From IMG/VR virus record IMGVR_UViG_2861069343_000001: a DNA stretch of 64,000 nt; one strand, 5' to 3'. How positions within the stretch are numbered: position 1 is the first letter of the stretch; each line of letters begins with the position of its first letter. A model generated the notes under the pieces. The model saw nothing but the letters and a program-made list of their open reading frames with translations, was not told the origin of the DNA and ran no database searches. The position numbers and the translations under genes are program-made. This stretch comes from a virus (taxonomy: Duplodnaviria; Heunggongvirae; Uroviricota; Caudoviricetes). Of this stretch, positions 33,300 through 44,410 are shown piece after piece.

Positions 33300-34096
33300 G
33301 GTAGAGCCTCCAATCGGTAGAACATGTATTTTTCAATGAAGGAACCGATGACTTTTTCGTGGATTTCCACGGAGCGCGAGAAGCAGAGTGTTTTACGTGT
33401 CAGCCGCTTAATGCGGGTGGTAGGGTCAGGTTGTTACGTTCAATTCGCTGCGTGAAGATTTTTCCGGTCAGGTGTTTCTTCTTCGGCACTTCTTTGGCGT
33501 AGCTCCCCCAGTCATCGGAGGTCAGCATTCCAATGTTAAAGGGCGCGAGTAACGCCAGTAATTCACGACAGGTTTCATCGGTACGTGGACCAAAAGTGTA
33601 GGCCAGCACGCCCCCCCGTTTTGGTGTTGTACGCATACCAGAGCCAGTGCTGCCGGGCTTTACTGCCAACGAAGCTCCATTGCTCATCAAGTTCGCAGAT
33701 AAGCGCCACATCAGCATGTGCAACGGGTGAGGAGGTTATTCGCTTCGGGGAGAGTTTTTTTAAAGTTCTGATGACGGTGTTGATGCCAACCTTCAGTGTT
33801 CTGGCGGTATCACGGACACCTGCGCCGTTATGAGCCATTTCAACGATCTGCTCCTTCACGCCGGGCCTTCAGGCTTCATAAGAGTAATCGCTCTGGAAAA
33901 CACGTTTACATGAGCGACAACGAAAGCGCTCATGCCTGGAACAACTACGACCATGTAGATAAACTTTATCTGAATTACAACGCGGACAATGAACAGTAAC
34001 GGTAGCCATGGCAAACCTAAAATACCAATAGACTATCAGAAGTTTCTATCTATCGAGAGCATAACCGATTAGATATTAACTTAGGTGCCAACCAAA
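33300..34096 (-). mobile_element. IS1-family insertion sequence, apparently decayed
   Basis: Minus-strand translation gives an InsA-like zinc finger (CPRCNSDKVYLHGRSCSRHERFRCRSCKRVF), an HTH and a colinear InsB-like transposase, interrupted by a stop and at least two frame changes; IS1-like imperfect terminal repeats at both ends; boundaries approximate. Confidence 0.6.
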
Positions 34097-34234
34097 ATAA
34101 GAATACCCTCATATGTAGCTGTCAAAGCTTCAGTTTTCTTGCTGGACAAATCGAGGTGGTTTTGATAAAAAATGATTTTTTTGCTTTGGCCTTTGTGAAT
34201 GATCTTGTGTAGGGCTCACTGGTGAGGGGTTACA

Positions 34235-35869
34235 ATGAGCAATATTAAATATCGTAAAGATATTGATGGTTTGCGTGCGGTAGCAATATTGCCTGTATTG
34301 CTTTTTCATGTTGGGTATTCTGGATTTAGTGGTGGATATGTTGGTGTAGATATATTCTTCGTTATCAGTGGGTATTTAATTACAAAGATTTTAATAAACG
34401 ATATTAATAATGGAACCTACAGCCTGTTAACCTTTTACGAAAGAAGAATTAGGCGGATAATTCCGGCGCTAACCTGCGTTATTTTATTTGTTTTGATTGC
34501 ATCCCCTTTATTCCTTGCCCCGGATAACTATTCCTTTCTACCAAAAGAAATAATAGGGACTCTTCTTTTTGCTTCGAACATTGTCAGTTTCTTAAAGTCT
34601 GGTTATTTTTCGACTGATGCAGAACAAAGACCTCTACTTCATACATGGTCTTTGGGCATAGAAGAACAGTTTTATATTATATCCCCGATCGTATTATTTT
34701 TATCATTTAAATACTTTAAATCAAGAGTGGGTTTAATTCTTTCGCTATTTGCTATTGTATCTTTTGCGTTCAGCGTAATTCTTACAAAGAACCATCCTAC
34801 AGCATCATTCTACCTTATTCCTACAAGGTATTGGGAGCTGTCTTTCGGTGCTCTTGCAGCTGCTGGCGTATTCAAAAAAGCGAAAGGGAGGCGCCAAAAC
34901 GAGGTGCTTTCCATTCTTGGTTTGTTGCTAATATTATTTTCTATATTTACATTTACATCGAAGACTGTTTTCCCAGGTTACGCCGCACTTCTACCAGTGC
35001 TTGGCGCAACCCTTATTATACTGAACGCAGAGGATACCCTCGTTGGGAAAATGCTAGCTTTAAAACCGTTAGTCTTTATCGGTGTGATTTCTTATTCCCT
35101 TTATTTATGGCACTGGCCGCTGGTAGTCTTTTCTCATGATAAATATATAATAGATCTCAACTTATCAAGAGAGATGTTGGTTGTTTTATCGATTTTAATC
35201 GCCTGGTTTTCAACAAGATTTATTGAGGCACCTTTTAGAAACAAGCAGTCATATGATAGAACGAGAATTTTCAAATATTCTAGTGTTGCATATTCATTAC
35301 TATTTTTAACCTCGTTAGCAATATGGCCTCTTAAGGGATGGACAGATAGACTTAGTGATGAAAAAGCATATATTTTATCCTCAACCAAAGACTACAGCCC
35401 TGTAAGAGACAAGTGCCATTTCAGTTCAGGTGTTCCGGAAACTACGCAGTATTGTATTTTAGGTGTAAAAGATATTGAGCCAAGCTTGTTTGTTTGGGGT
35501 GATAGTCATGGGGCCGAGATATCCTATGCGCTGTCTAAATTGACAAGCGTGTATACAGCCACTTACTCAGCGTGTCCGCCAGTAGTCGGATTCACTTCAA
35601 CCGAAAGGCCGGAGTGTCAAGCTCATAATATGCGCGTTCTTGATTTTATTCTAAATAATAAAAAAATTAAAAATGTAGTTCTTGCAGCCAACTACAACAA
35701 GTATGAAGGAGATGAGAAATACAGTGGTTTTGTAAAAGGTTTTGAAAATACAGTAAAGAAACTTACCGACGGTGGTAAGAGAGTAACAGTTTTAGACCAG
35801 ATTCCATCTCCTGGCGTAAACGTACCCAACGATTTAGCAAATGCAAAGTTCATAGTTAATAAGAGTTTC
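34235..35869 (+). pseudogene. acyltransferase-3 (OafA/Oac-like) with SGNH domain, 5' portion interrupted by IS2
   Basis: N-terminal RAVAILPVLLFHVGYSGFSGGYVGVDIFFVISGYL and multiple TM segments typical of AT3 acyltransferases; GDSHG (SGNH block I) present; reading frame ends at the first three bases of IS2. Confidence 0.75.
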
Positions 35870-35960
35870 TAGACTGGCCCCCTGAATCTCCAGACAACCA
35901 GTATCACTTAAATAAGTGATAGTCTTAATACTAGTTTTTAGACTAGTCATTGGAGAACAG

Positions 35961-36290
35961 ATGATTGATGTCTTAGGGCCGGAGAAACGCAGACGGCGTA
36001 CCACACAGGAAAAGATCGCAATTGTTCAGCAGAGCTTTGAACCGGGGATGACGGTCTCCCTCGTTGCCCGGCAACATGGTGTAGCAGCCAGCCAGTTATT
36101 TCTCTGGCGTAAGCAATACCAGGAAGGAAGTCTTACTGCTGTCGCCGCCGGAGAACAGGTTGTTCCTGCCTCTGAACTTGCTGCCGCCATGAAGCAGATT
36201 AAAGAACTCCAGCGCCTGCTCGGCAAGAAAACGATGGAAATGAACTCCTCAAAGAAGCCGTTGAATATGGACGGGCAAAAAAGTGGATAG
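35961..36290 (+). CDS. insC: IS2 transposase OrfA (InsC)
   Basis: [26 protein letters not shown]... matches IS2 InsC; ends just after the A6G slippery site. Confidence 0.85.
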
Positions 36291-37188
36291 CGCACGCGCC
36301 CTTATTGCCCGGGGATGGGGAGTAAGCTTAGTCAGCCGTTGTCTCCGGGTGTCGCGTGCGCAGTTGCACGTCATTCTCAGACGAACCGATGACTGGATGG
36401 ATGGCCGCCGCAGTCGTCACACTGATGATACGGATGTGCTTCTCCGTATACACCATGTTATCGGAGAGCTGCCCACGTATGGTTATCGTCGGGTATGGGC
36501 GCTGCTTCGCAGACAGGCAGAACTTGATGGTATGCCTGCGATCAATGCCAAACGTGTTTACCGGATCATGCGCCAGAATGCGCTGTTGCTTGAGCGAAAA
36601 CCTGCTGTACCGCCATCGAAACGGGCACATACAGGCAGAGTGGCCGTGAAAGAAAGCAATCAGCGATGGTGCTCTGACGGGTTCGAGTTCTGCTGTGATA
36701 ACGGAGAGAGACTGCGTGTCACGTTCGCGCTGGACTGCTGTGATCGTGAGGCACTGCACTGGGCGGTCACTACCGGCGGCTTCAACAGTGAAACAGTACA
36801 GGACGTCATGCTGGGAGCGGTGGAACGCCGCTTCGGCAACGATCTTCCGTCGTCTCCAGTGGAGTGGCTGACGGATAATGGTTCATGCTACCGGGCTAAT
36901 GAAACACGCCAGTTCGCCCGGATGTTGGGACTTGAACCGAAGAACACGGCGGTGCGGAGTCCGGAGAGTAACGGAATAGCAGAGAGCTTCGTGAAAACGA
37001 TAAAGCGTGACTACATCAGTATCATGCCCAAACCAGACGGGTTAACGGCAGCAAAGAACCTTGCAGAGGCGTTCGAGCATTATAACGAATGGCATCCGCA
37101 TAGTGCGCTGGGTTATCGCTCGCCACGGGAATATCTGCGGCAGCGGGCTTGTAATGGGTTAAGTGATAACAGATGTCTGGAAATATAG
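36283..37188 (+). CDS. insD: IS2 transposase OrfB (InsD)
   Basis: DDE integrase-type catalytic domain; expected to be produced as an OrfAB fusion by -1 frameshifting at AAAAAAG (36276-36282). Confidence 0.85.
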
Positions 37189-37199
37189 GGGCAAATCCA

Positions 37200-37426
37200 G
37201 TTTCGCTTATGATGATACAACCTTTAAAAAGATTGAATTTGAGAACGGTGTAAATATATTCCATTTTGAAAAATACTTATGTGACCGTGATTCTTGCTCT
37301 ATGATGTATGAAAATTACCCTGTCTTATTTGACGACAATCATTTATCTTTAACTGTTGCTAAGATTATGGCTCCTCACATATATGAAATGATTAGTGATA
37401 ATAGAAAAGAAAATGAGAGGTTTTAA
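37200..37426 (+). pseudogene. 3' remainder of the IS2-split acyltransferase (SGNH block V)
   Basis: In-frame with the 5' part once IS2 and one target-duplication copy are removed; contains DDNHL (SGNH DxxH block). Confidence 0.7.
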
Positions 37427-37686
37427 ATATTACTAAAAATTAAGTAAAATAGTTAAATCACCCACAGGCCGCGTTTTGGCGCCAGTGGGTGATTGTGAAG
37501 TTTAACATTTATGTATGCAATTAAAATTCTCTTTTATTTTTCCTAAGAAGTTATTCCTAATTTTCTTTAACATATAATCCAGAGTTTCAATGCGTTATGT
37601 TAGGGCGGCAAGTTGATAGGCGCGACCTCTCTTGATCTGCCTCCCAGATAAAACTATTATATTTGCAACCAGTATTAACCAAGAGA

Positions 37687-37986
37687 CTACTGTACTCCTT
37701 TATTCAAATTGATTAGATTGTTACGAAAAGAAATACCATCCTGAACCACTCCATCGAACTCGTGCAAGGGAGTAAAATATGAAACTGTTTCGTTTACATT
37801 CACGGACGAGTTATTAGATTTCACTGTGATGGTTTTCATTCCGAATATTTCGAAATCGATCTCCTGGCCTGCCGTGAGGTTTGTGGTTGGTAGTATAATG
37901 ATAAATTCTGATGTGTTATTGTTTATTAAATATGATGCATAATCTGGTGATGCTTGAGGTGTACTGGCAATAGCAGACACTACCAT
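37687..37986 (-). CDS. hypothetical protein, possibly a gene fragment
   Basis: 99-aa AT-rich ORF starting immediately next to the IS3-family remnant. Confidence 0.3.
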   Translation of the reverse strand: MVVSAIASTPQASPDYASYLINNNTSEFIIILPTTNLTAGQEIDFEIFGMKTITVKSNNSSVNVNETVSYFTPLHEFDGVVQDGISFRNNLINLNKGVQ

Positions 37987-37996
37987 TTGTTCTTTT

Positions 37997-38437
37997 TTAA
38001 GCAGCTATCTGATGATATTTTTCCCTGAAGGCTGCCGGGGAGATATTCCCCAGACGAGAGTGACGACGCTGACGATTGTAGAAAATCTCAATGTATTCCC
38101 GTATTACTGAGATGGCCTCATCCCGGCTATTAAAACGATAGTGGCTCAGGCTCTCATTTTTCAGCGTTCCCCAGAAGCTTTCCATCGGAGCGTTGTCGTA
38201 ACAGTTACCTTTACGCGACATTGATGTTTTCAGACCAAACTGCTCCTGTATGACCCGGTAATCGTATGCGCAGTACTGTGAACCTCGATCGGAGTGGTGG
38301 ATTAGCCCGGCAGGTGGGCGCTGGCTCCTGAGCGCCATAAACAGGGCTTTACCTGTCAGCTCTTTTGTCATGCTCACAGGCTTCATCATAGTTATTTGCC
38401 AAACCAAGCACGGATGGACGGTCCCACGCGCCACCAT
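37997..38437 (-). pseudogene. IS3-family transposase OrfB C-terminal remnant
   Basis: HHSDRGSQY ... KGNCYDNAPMESFWGTLKNE integrase-core motifs; N-terminal part out of frame or absent. Confidence 0.65.
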
Positions 38438-38588
38438 TCAGACAATAAACAACAATTTTCCCGTCATGTTCTGTAACCCCATAGGGATGGTCCCACCAGG
38501 CGTCCAGCTGAGCTTTAGAGCGTTTCTCGTTAGGAGTGCAGTCAAAATTTTTGGGCAATACAGGATCGAGAGGAATGCGGGCAGGCAT
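38349..38588 (-). CDS. hypothetical protein
   Basis: 79-aa ORF partly overlapping the IS3 remnant; may be a truncated backbone gene. Confidence 0.25.
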   Translation of the reverse strand: MPARIPLDPVLPKNFDCTPNEKRSKAQLDAWWDHPYGVTEHDGKIVVYCLNGGAWDRPSVLGLANNYDEACEHDKRADR

Positions 38589-38722
38589 AGCTAATTCCTT
38601 ATTAACTGATTGGCAACGAGGTTACGCTGATCCGTTGGTGATGAATAGTAGCAAAGAGCACAAAATCATCAGCGGTGGTTGATGTACGTAACGCGTTTGC
38701 ACCAAAGGTGTCTCTTTAATGT

Positions 38723-38742
38723 ATACTGTATAAATGAACAGT
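38723..38742. promoter_or_regulatory. LexA (SOS) box upstream of humD
   Basis: tactgtataaatgaacagta fits CTGT-N8-ACAG, about 20 bp upstream of the humD start. Confidence 0.8.
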
Positions 38743-38762
38743 ATTATTGAGGTGAAAACGCT

Positions 38763-39152
38763 ATGGGCTTCCCTTCTCCTGCGGCGGATTATGTTGAAAG
38801 CCGAATTTCTCTTGATCAGCAACTAATCAGGCATCCATCAGCAACCTACTTCATGCGGGCAGCTGATAGCCATCACCGTGAGGGAATATTGCAGGGTGCT
38901 TTGCTGGTGGTTGATTCCTCGCTTACTCCGGTTGATGGTTCTCTGCTTGTGTGCGCTATGGAGGGTGAATATCGCATAAAGAGATACAGGAAGTATCCGC
39001 GCCAGCACCTGGAGGATTTAAGCACCGGGAAGAAAGAGGCGTTACCAGTAGATGACGATGGATACACGGGCAGTAATGCTGTTTTTGGTGTGATCACTCA
39101 TGTCATCAATGATGCCAGAAGTGGGGAGTTTGATGATTGTCCGGTTATTTAA
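38763..39152 (+). CDS. humD: UmuD'-like protein
   Basis: 129 aa; SPAADYVESRISLDQQLIRHPSATYF and C-terminal domain resemble the UmuD/LexA C-terminal fold; LexA box upstream. Confidence 0.75.
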   Translation: MGFPSPAADYVESRISLDQQLIRHPSATYFMRAADSHHREGILQGALLVVDSSLTPVDGSLLVCAMEGEYRIKRYRKYPRQHLEDLSTGKKEALPVDDDGYTGSNAVFGVITHVINDARSGEFDDCPVI

Positions 39153-39189
39153 GCTGCAAAGGGCTGGTGCTTTATGCCTGTGAAGTTTA

Positions 39190-39216
39190 TAATTGTGTAC
39201 ACATAACGAGTACACG
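39190..39216. promoter_or_regulatory. phd-doc operator-like palindromes
   Basis: tgtgtacaca and gagtacac palindromic elements immediately upstream of phd. Confidence 0.55.
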
Positions 39217-39218
39217 AG

Positions 39219-39446
39219 GTGTTTATGCAATCCATTAACTTCCGTACCGCGCGTGGCAACCTTTCTGAAGTGCTCAACAATGTTGAAGCCGGGGAAGAGG
39301 TTGAAATCACCCGCAGAGGCCGTGAGCCAGCAGTAATTGTCAGCAAGGCTACTTTCGAAGCCTACAAAAAAGCGGCGCTGGATGCTGAATTTGCATCCCT
39401 GTTTGACACCCTGGACTCCACCAACAAGGAACTGGTTAACCGATAA
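39219..39446 (+). CDS. phd: antitoxin Phd
   Basis: 75-aa ORF overlapping the doc start by one base; Phd/YefM-type sequence. Confidence 0.9.
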
Positions 39447-39826
39447 TGAGGCATATATCACCGGAAGAACTTATTGCGCTTCATGATGCGAATATAAGCC
39501 GCTACGGCGGCCTGCCGGGAATGTCTGATCCGGGTAGGGCAGAGGCCATTATCGGGAGAGTTCAGGCCAGAGTTGCCTACGAAGAGATCACCGACCTTTT
39601 CGAAGTCTCCGCCACCTACCTGGTGGCTACAGCGAGAGGGCATATATTCAATGATGCCAATAAGCGTACCGCGCTAAACAGTGCGCTGCTATTTCTACGC
39701 CGTAACGGGGTGCAGGTATTTGATTCACCTGAACTGGCAGACCTTACCGTAGGCGCTGCGACTGGCGAGATATCTGTATCTTCTGTCGCCGACACGTTAC
39801 GTAGATTGTATGGTTCTGCGGAGTAG
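39446..39826 (+). CDS. doc: toxin Doc (Fic-fold kinase)
   Basis: 126 aa; Fic-type motif [11 protein letters not shown]. Confidence 0.9.
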
Positions 39827-39830
39827 ATTA

Positions 39831-40010
39831 ATGGCACGCAAATACAACAAGTTGTCCCGTGAAGCGTTAAAGATGCTTCTTGATGGCGTGAGTCGCCGCA
39901 AGGTAAAGCAATACCTGGTTGGTAAGCAAATTGGTGCCAGGACAGCTATTGCTGTGTTATGCCGTCAGGAAATGGTTGTGCTTAAACAGAGAATGCCGGG
40001 CAGCAGATAA
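39831..40010 (+). CDS. small basic protein
   Basis: ATG at 39831 with upstream SD-like sequence; position corresponds to post-doc genes. Confidence 0.35.
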   Translation: MARKYNKLSREALKMLLDGVSRRKVKQYLVGKQIGARTAIAVLCRQEMVVLKQRMPGSR

Positions 40011-40037
40011 AGCCCAATCAGTGATTAAAGGTGTGAT

Positions 40038-41081
40038 GTGAAAGCCGTAATTACTCCATTTGTACAGAAAGAGCTTGGCCTCGCCACGTTCAAAGTGGAT
40101 CAGGAGGTCAGAAAGCTGGTGGAGGCTGGCCGTAAATTTATTATGGAGCCGGTGCCGCGTGAGTTAATCGAGCACATGGAAGACGGCCTCGTTGTTACCG
40201 AGCAAACCATGGCAACAAATGAGGCGTTGCAGCCGTTTTTTAACAGCGATGAACTGTTTCGCCGTATTGGTGGAATTGACGCGCTGGTGGCGTGGTTGCG
40301 TAGGAAAGAGGGTCAATGCCAGGCCGCAGATCGTAGTTGGTGTGACAACCATATTGTCCACGCTGAACGAGACAATAGCGCGGTGTTGTTGTGCTGGCAT
40401 CACGATAACCATTACCGGATGCGTGGTTTTAATGAGCTGAAAGAAACGCTGCACAATAATCGCGTTAACTGGATACTGGATGTCGCCCGTCAGGAAATGG
40501 GCCTTTCAAATAGCCATGATTTAAGTATTCAGGAGCTGTGCTGGTGGGCTTTCATGCGCAACATGATGCACCTGATGCCGGAAGAAGTCTGCCGCATATC
40601 AATAAATAAGATGAAGGCTACTCCGCAGGATAGCGGACCTCTGAAAGAGGCGGATATTCGCCCGTATGACGATCGCGCTACAGCATATGTTCAGATGATG
40701 GAAGAACGCGCCGCGCCGATGCGTGCAAAAGTATGCCCTGTGGATGTTGACTCCGACCCTGGCATGGCGCATTTCAAAATACCAAAACTGCAATCGCTAA
40801 AATTACCTGAGTACATGGACTTTGTTGCTTCCCGTCCATGCTGTGGGTGTGGAGCTGCGGGAGCTGGCGCTCACATTACGCCTTATATCGTTCGTCATAG
40901 TCGATTATGCGCGCATGACATTTACGCAATTCCTCTGTGCCAGTCATGCCAGCGTGATATTGAGCGTGACCGCGATAATTGGGAGAAGACGCACGGTAGG
41001 TTGGCGATGCATCAACGATTGTTCTTTGATTACGCGCTTGGAGTGGGCGTTATCACAAGTCATTCGTCGAGTGTTAGATAA
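40038..41081 (+). CDS. hypothetical Cys-rich protein
   Basis: 347 aa; C-terminal [17 protein letters not shown]...CQSCQ cysteine cluster. Confidence 0.5.
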   Translation: MKAVITPFVQKELGLATFKVDQEVRKLVEAGRKFIMEPVPRELIEHMEDGLVVTEQTMATNEALQPFFNSDELFRRIGGIDALVAWLRRKEGQCQAADRSWCDNHIVHAERDNSAVLLCWHHDNHYRMRGFNELKETLHNNRVNWILDVARQEMGLSNSHDLSIQELCWWAFMRNMMHLMPEEVCRISINKMKATPQDSGPLKEADIRPYDDRATAYVQMMEERAAPMRAKVCPVDVDSDPGMAHFKIPKLQSLKLPEYMDFVASRPCCGCGAAGAGAHITPYIVRHSRLCAHDIYAIPLCQSCQRDIERDRDNWEKTHGRLAMHQRLFFDYALGVGVITSHSSSVR

Positions 41082-41082
41082 A

Positions 41083-41099
41083 ATTGCTCTAATGTATTG
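41083..41099. promoter_or_regulatory. C1-operator-like site upstream of lpa
   Basis: attgctctaatgtattg. Confidence 0.5.
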
Positions 41100-41169
41100 C
41101 TATTTCTTTAATCTAGGGTATTATATTCCACGTTGATTAGTTGACATGGGCTAATCAGTAGGTGACAGG

Positions 41170-41622
41170 ATGTTACTTAACTGGCAGGGACGCCACTTCA
41201 TGGAAATAAATCACTCACGAATAACATCGTACGAGATTGCGGATTACATGATCCGCACTAAATCTCTTCTATCAGCGAAAGAACTCGCAGCAATTCTTGA
41301 AAAGGAATACCCGCATCTGGATGTCGATAAGCGCGATGTTTATCTGCGCTTAAAGGCTATCGCTGTGTCTAAGTATTCGTCTGTTTTGATAGATGACAGT
41401 ACACGCCCACGTAGATTTCAGATCCACTCTCTGAATCCTGAATTCTTTCGCCGTAGCCGCGCTCCGCGCCGGTTTGATGAAAAACTCCAGAACGAACTCT
41501 ATATGACGCAGGACGAAAAGGAACGCCGGGAGCACCAGCCTTGGGTAATGGCGCGTCAACTTTTCAATAAGGTGGCCCGTCAGCACCGTCATTACGGTAA
41601 TGCCACATCCGCACGTATCTGA
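41170..41622 (+). CDS. lpa: late promoter activator-like protein
   Basis: 150-aa ORF between the operator and pacA; assignment by position and size. Confidence 0.5.
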   Translation: MLLNWQGRHFMEINHSRITSYEIADYMIRTKSLLSAKELAAILEKEYPHLDVDKRDVYLRLKAIAVSKYSSVLIDDSTRPRRFQIHSLNPEFFRRSRAPRRFDEKLQNELYMTQDEKERREHQPWVMARQLFNKVARQHRHYGNATSARI

Positions 41623-41707
41623 TTGATTGCTTGCCCGTTCCGGGCCTTTTGACATGTGACTTTCGTTACCCTCGCGTCAAAAAGAGTTTTTACGAAAGGA
41701 AGCATAA

Positions 41708-42901
41708 GTGACCTGGGACGATCACAAGAAGAATTTTGCTCGCCTGGCGCGAGATGGTGGTTACACCATCGCACAGTATGCCGCCGAGTTTAATCTTAAC
41801 CCTAATACCGCACGTCGTTATCTCCGTGCCTTCAAAGAAGACACCAGGACTACGGACAGCCGCAAGCCAAATAAGCCAGTCAGGAAGCCACTAAAAAGCA
41901 TGATCATTGATCACTCTAATGATCAACATGCAGGTGATCACATTTCGGCTGAAATAGCGGAAAAACAAAGAGTTAATGCCGTTGTCAGTGCCGCAGTCGA
42001 GAATGCGAAGCGCCAAAATAAGCGCATAAATGATCGTTCAGATGATCATGACGTGATCACCCGCGCCCACCGGACCTTACGTGATCGCCTGGAACGCGAC
42101 ACCCTGGATGATGATGGTGAACGCTTTGAATTCGAAGCTGGCGATTACCTGATAGATAACGTTGAAGCGCGGAAGGCCGCGCGCGCTATGTTGCGTCGGT
42201 CCGGGGCCGATGTTCTGGAAACCACTCTTCTGGAAAAGTCTCTTTCTCATCTCCTTATGCTGGAGAACGCCAGGGATACGTGTATTCGCCTAGTGCAGGA
42301 AATGCGCGATCAGCAAAAAGACGATGATGAAGGTACTCCGCCTGAATACCGTATCGCGAGCATGCTAAACAGCTGTTCCGCGCAGATAAGCAGCCTGATC
42401 AACACCATTTACAGCATCCGGAATAACTATCGAAAAGAAAGCCGGGAGGCGGAAAAGCACGCTTTATCTATGGGGCAAGCTGGCATTGTTAAGCTGGCAT
42501 ACGAACGAAAGCGTGAAAATAACTGGTCAGTGCTGGAAGCGGCTGAATTCATCGAGGCGCATGGAGGAAAAGTGCCGCCCCTGATGCTGGAGCAAATCAA
42601 AGCCGATCTGCGTGCTCCTAAGACCAATACCGATGATGAGGAAAACCAAACAGCATCTGGCGCTCCATCACTTGAAGATCTGGATAAAATCGCGCGAGAA
42701 CGGGCCGCCAGCCGCCGCGCTGATGCGGCATTGTGGATTGAGCATCGTAGAGAAGAAATTGCCGATATCGTCGATACAGGTGGTTATGGTGATGTCGATG
42801 CGGAAGGCATATCAAACGAAGCATGGCTTGAACAGGATCTGGACGAAGACGAGGAGGAAGACGAAGAAGTTACCCGCAAACTGTACGGGGATGATGATTA
42901 A
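41708..42901 (+). CDS. pacA: terminase pac-recognition subunit PacA
   Basis: 397 aa; contains the clustered TGATCA hexamers; acidic C-terminus. Confidence 0.8.
41901..42059. other. pac: pac packaging site
   Basis: Four TGATCA hexamers at 41901-41939 and three TGATCA/G at about 42030-42059, each containing a GATC Dam site. Confidence 0.75.
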
Positions 42902-44385
42902 TGGCCAGAAGTTGCGTAACGGACCCACGTTGGCGCGAGCTGGTGGCGCTATATCGTTATGACTGGATTGCGGCCGCTGATGTGTTGTTTGGGAAGACAC
43001 CAACCTGGCAGCAGGATGAGATCATTGAGTCCACGCAGCAGGACGGCAGTTGGACAAGTGTGACCTCCGGCCATGGTACTGGTAAATCGGATATGACGAG
43101 TATCATTGCAATACTCTTCATCATGTTTTTCCCCGGCGCTCGCGTCATTCTGGTCGCTAACAAAAGACAGCAAGTCCTTGATGGTATTTTCAAATACATA
43201 AAGAGCAATTGGGCTACTGCTGTTAGCAGATTCCCGTGGTTGTCGAAGTATTTCATTCTTACAGAAACGTCTTTTTTTGAGGTGACTGGCAAGGGTGTTT
43301 GGACAATATTGATAAAGTCCTGTCGCCCCGGAAATGAGGAGGCGTTGGCTGGTGAACACGCCGATCATCTCTTGTATATCATCGACGAAGCGTCGGGTGT
43401 GAGTGATAAAGCATTCAGTGTGATAACAGGTGCGCTGACCGGTAAGGATAACCGTATTCTGCTTCTTTCCCAGCCTACGCGACCTTCAGGCTATTTCTAC
43501 GATTCACACCACAGACTAGCTATTCGCCCGGGAAATCCTGATGGATTGTTTACTGCGATAATACTGAATAGTGAAGAATCTCCGCTTGTAGATGCAAAAT
43601 TTATACGAGCAAAACTTGCGGAGTATGGCGGTCGTGATAACCCCATGTACATGATCAAAGTACGTGGTGAATTTCCCAAATCTCAAGATGGCTTTCTTCT
43701 TGGTCGTGATGAGGTTGAGCGGGCGACGCGGCGAAAGGTCAAGATTGCCAAAGGATGGGGCTGGGTTGCATGTGTTGACGTTGCTGGTGGCACAGGACGA
43801 GATAAGTCCGTTATTAATATCATGATGGTGTCCGGCCAGCGAAATAAACGCCGTGTAATCAACTATCGTATGCTGGAATACACAGACGTTACAGAAACGC
43901 AGTTAGCCGCCAAGATTTTCGCAGAATGTAACCCAGAACGGTTCCCGAACATAACCATAGCTATTGATGGCGATGGCTTGGGGAAATCGACGGCTGATCT
44001 AATGTACGAACGCTATGGCATTACCGTCCAGCGTATCCGCTGGGGTAAAAAGATGCACAGCCGTGAAGATAAAAGCCTTTATTTCGATATGCGCGCTTTC
44101 GCGAATATTCAGGCGGCAGAAGCTGTAAAATCAGGGCGTATGAGGCTTGATAAGGGGGCTGCGACTATAGAGGAAGCATCAAAGATACCGGTAGGGATAA
44201 ATTCCGCAGGTCAATGGAAGGTGATGTCAAAGGAAGATATGAAGAAAAAACTCAACCTGCACTCACCGGACCATTGGGATACATATTGTTTCGCTATGTT
44301 GGCGAACTATGTTCCCCAAGATGAAGTGCTTAGCGTCGAAGACGAAGCGCAGGTTGATGAAGCTCTGGCATGGCTTAATGAATAA
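42901..44385 (+). CDS. pacB: terminase large subunit PacB
   Basis: 494 aa; Walker A-like SGHGTGKS; start overlaps the pacA stop. Confidence 0.85.
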
Positions 44386-44410
44386 CAATTTGACCATGCC
44401 GGATGGAAAA

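Larger units (their letters stand above)
35870..37199 (+). mobile_element. IS2 (IS3 family) insertion sequence
   Basis: Left end TAGACTGGCCCCCTGAATCTCCAGACAACC and right end ...GGAAATATAGGGGCAAATCCA as in IS2; 5-bp direct repeat gtttc at 35865-35869 and 37200-37204. Confidence 0.9.

Noticed and set aside
33145-33339. 64-aa plus-strand ORF
   Set aside because: Its 3' end runs into the terminal repeat region of the IS1-family element; probably a frame-shifted continuation of the HAD-like fragment rather than an independent gene
33612-33618. G7/C7 homopolymer in the IS1-family transposase as a programmed frameshift site
   Set aside because: IS1 uses an A6C slippery motif at the insA-insB junction; here the shift is within the transposase body and is accompanied by an additional stop and a second frame change, so decay (or a sequencing error) is more likely than programmed recoding
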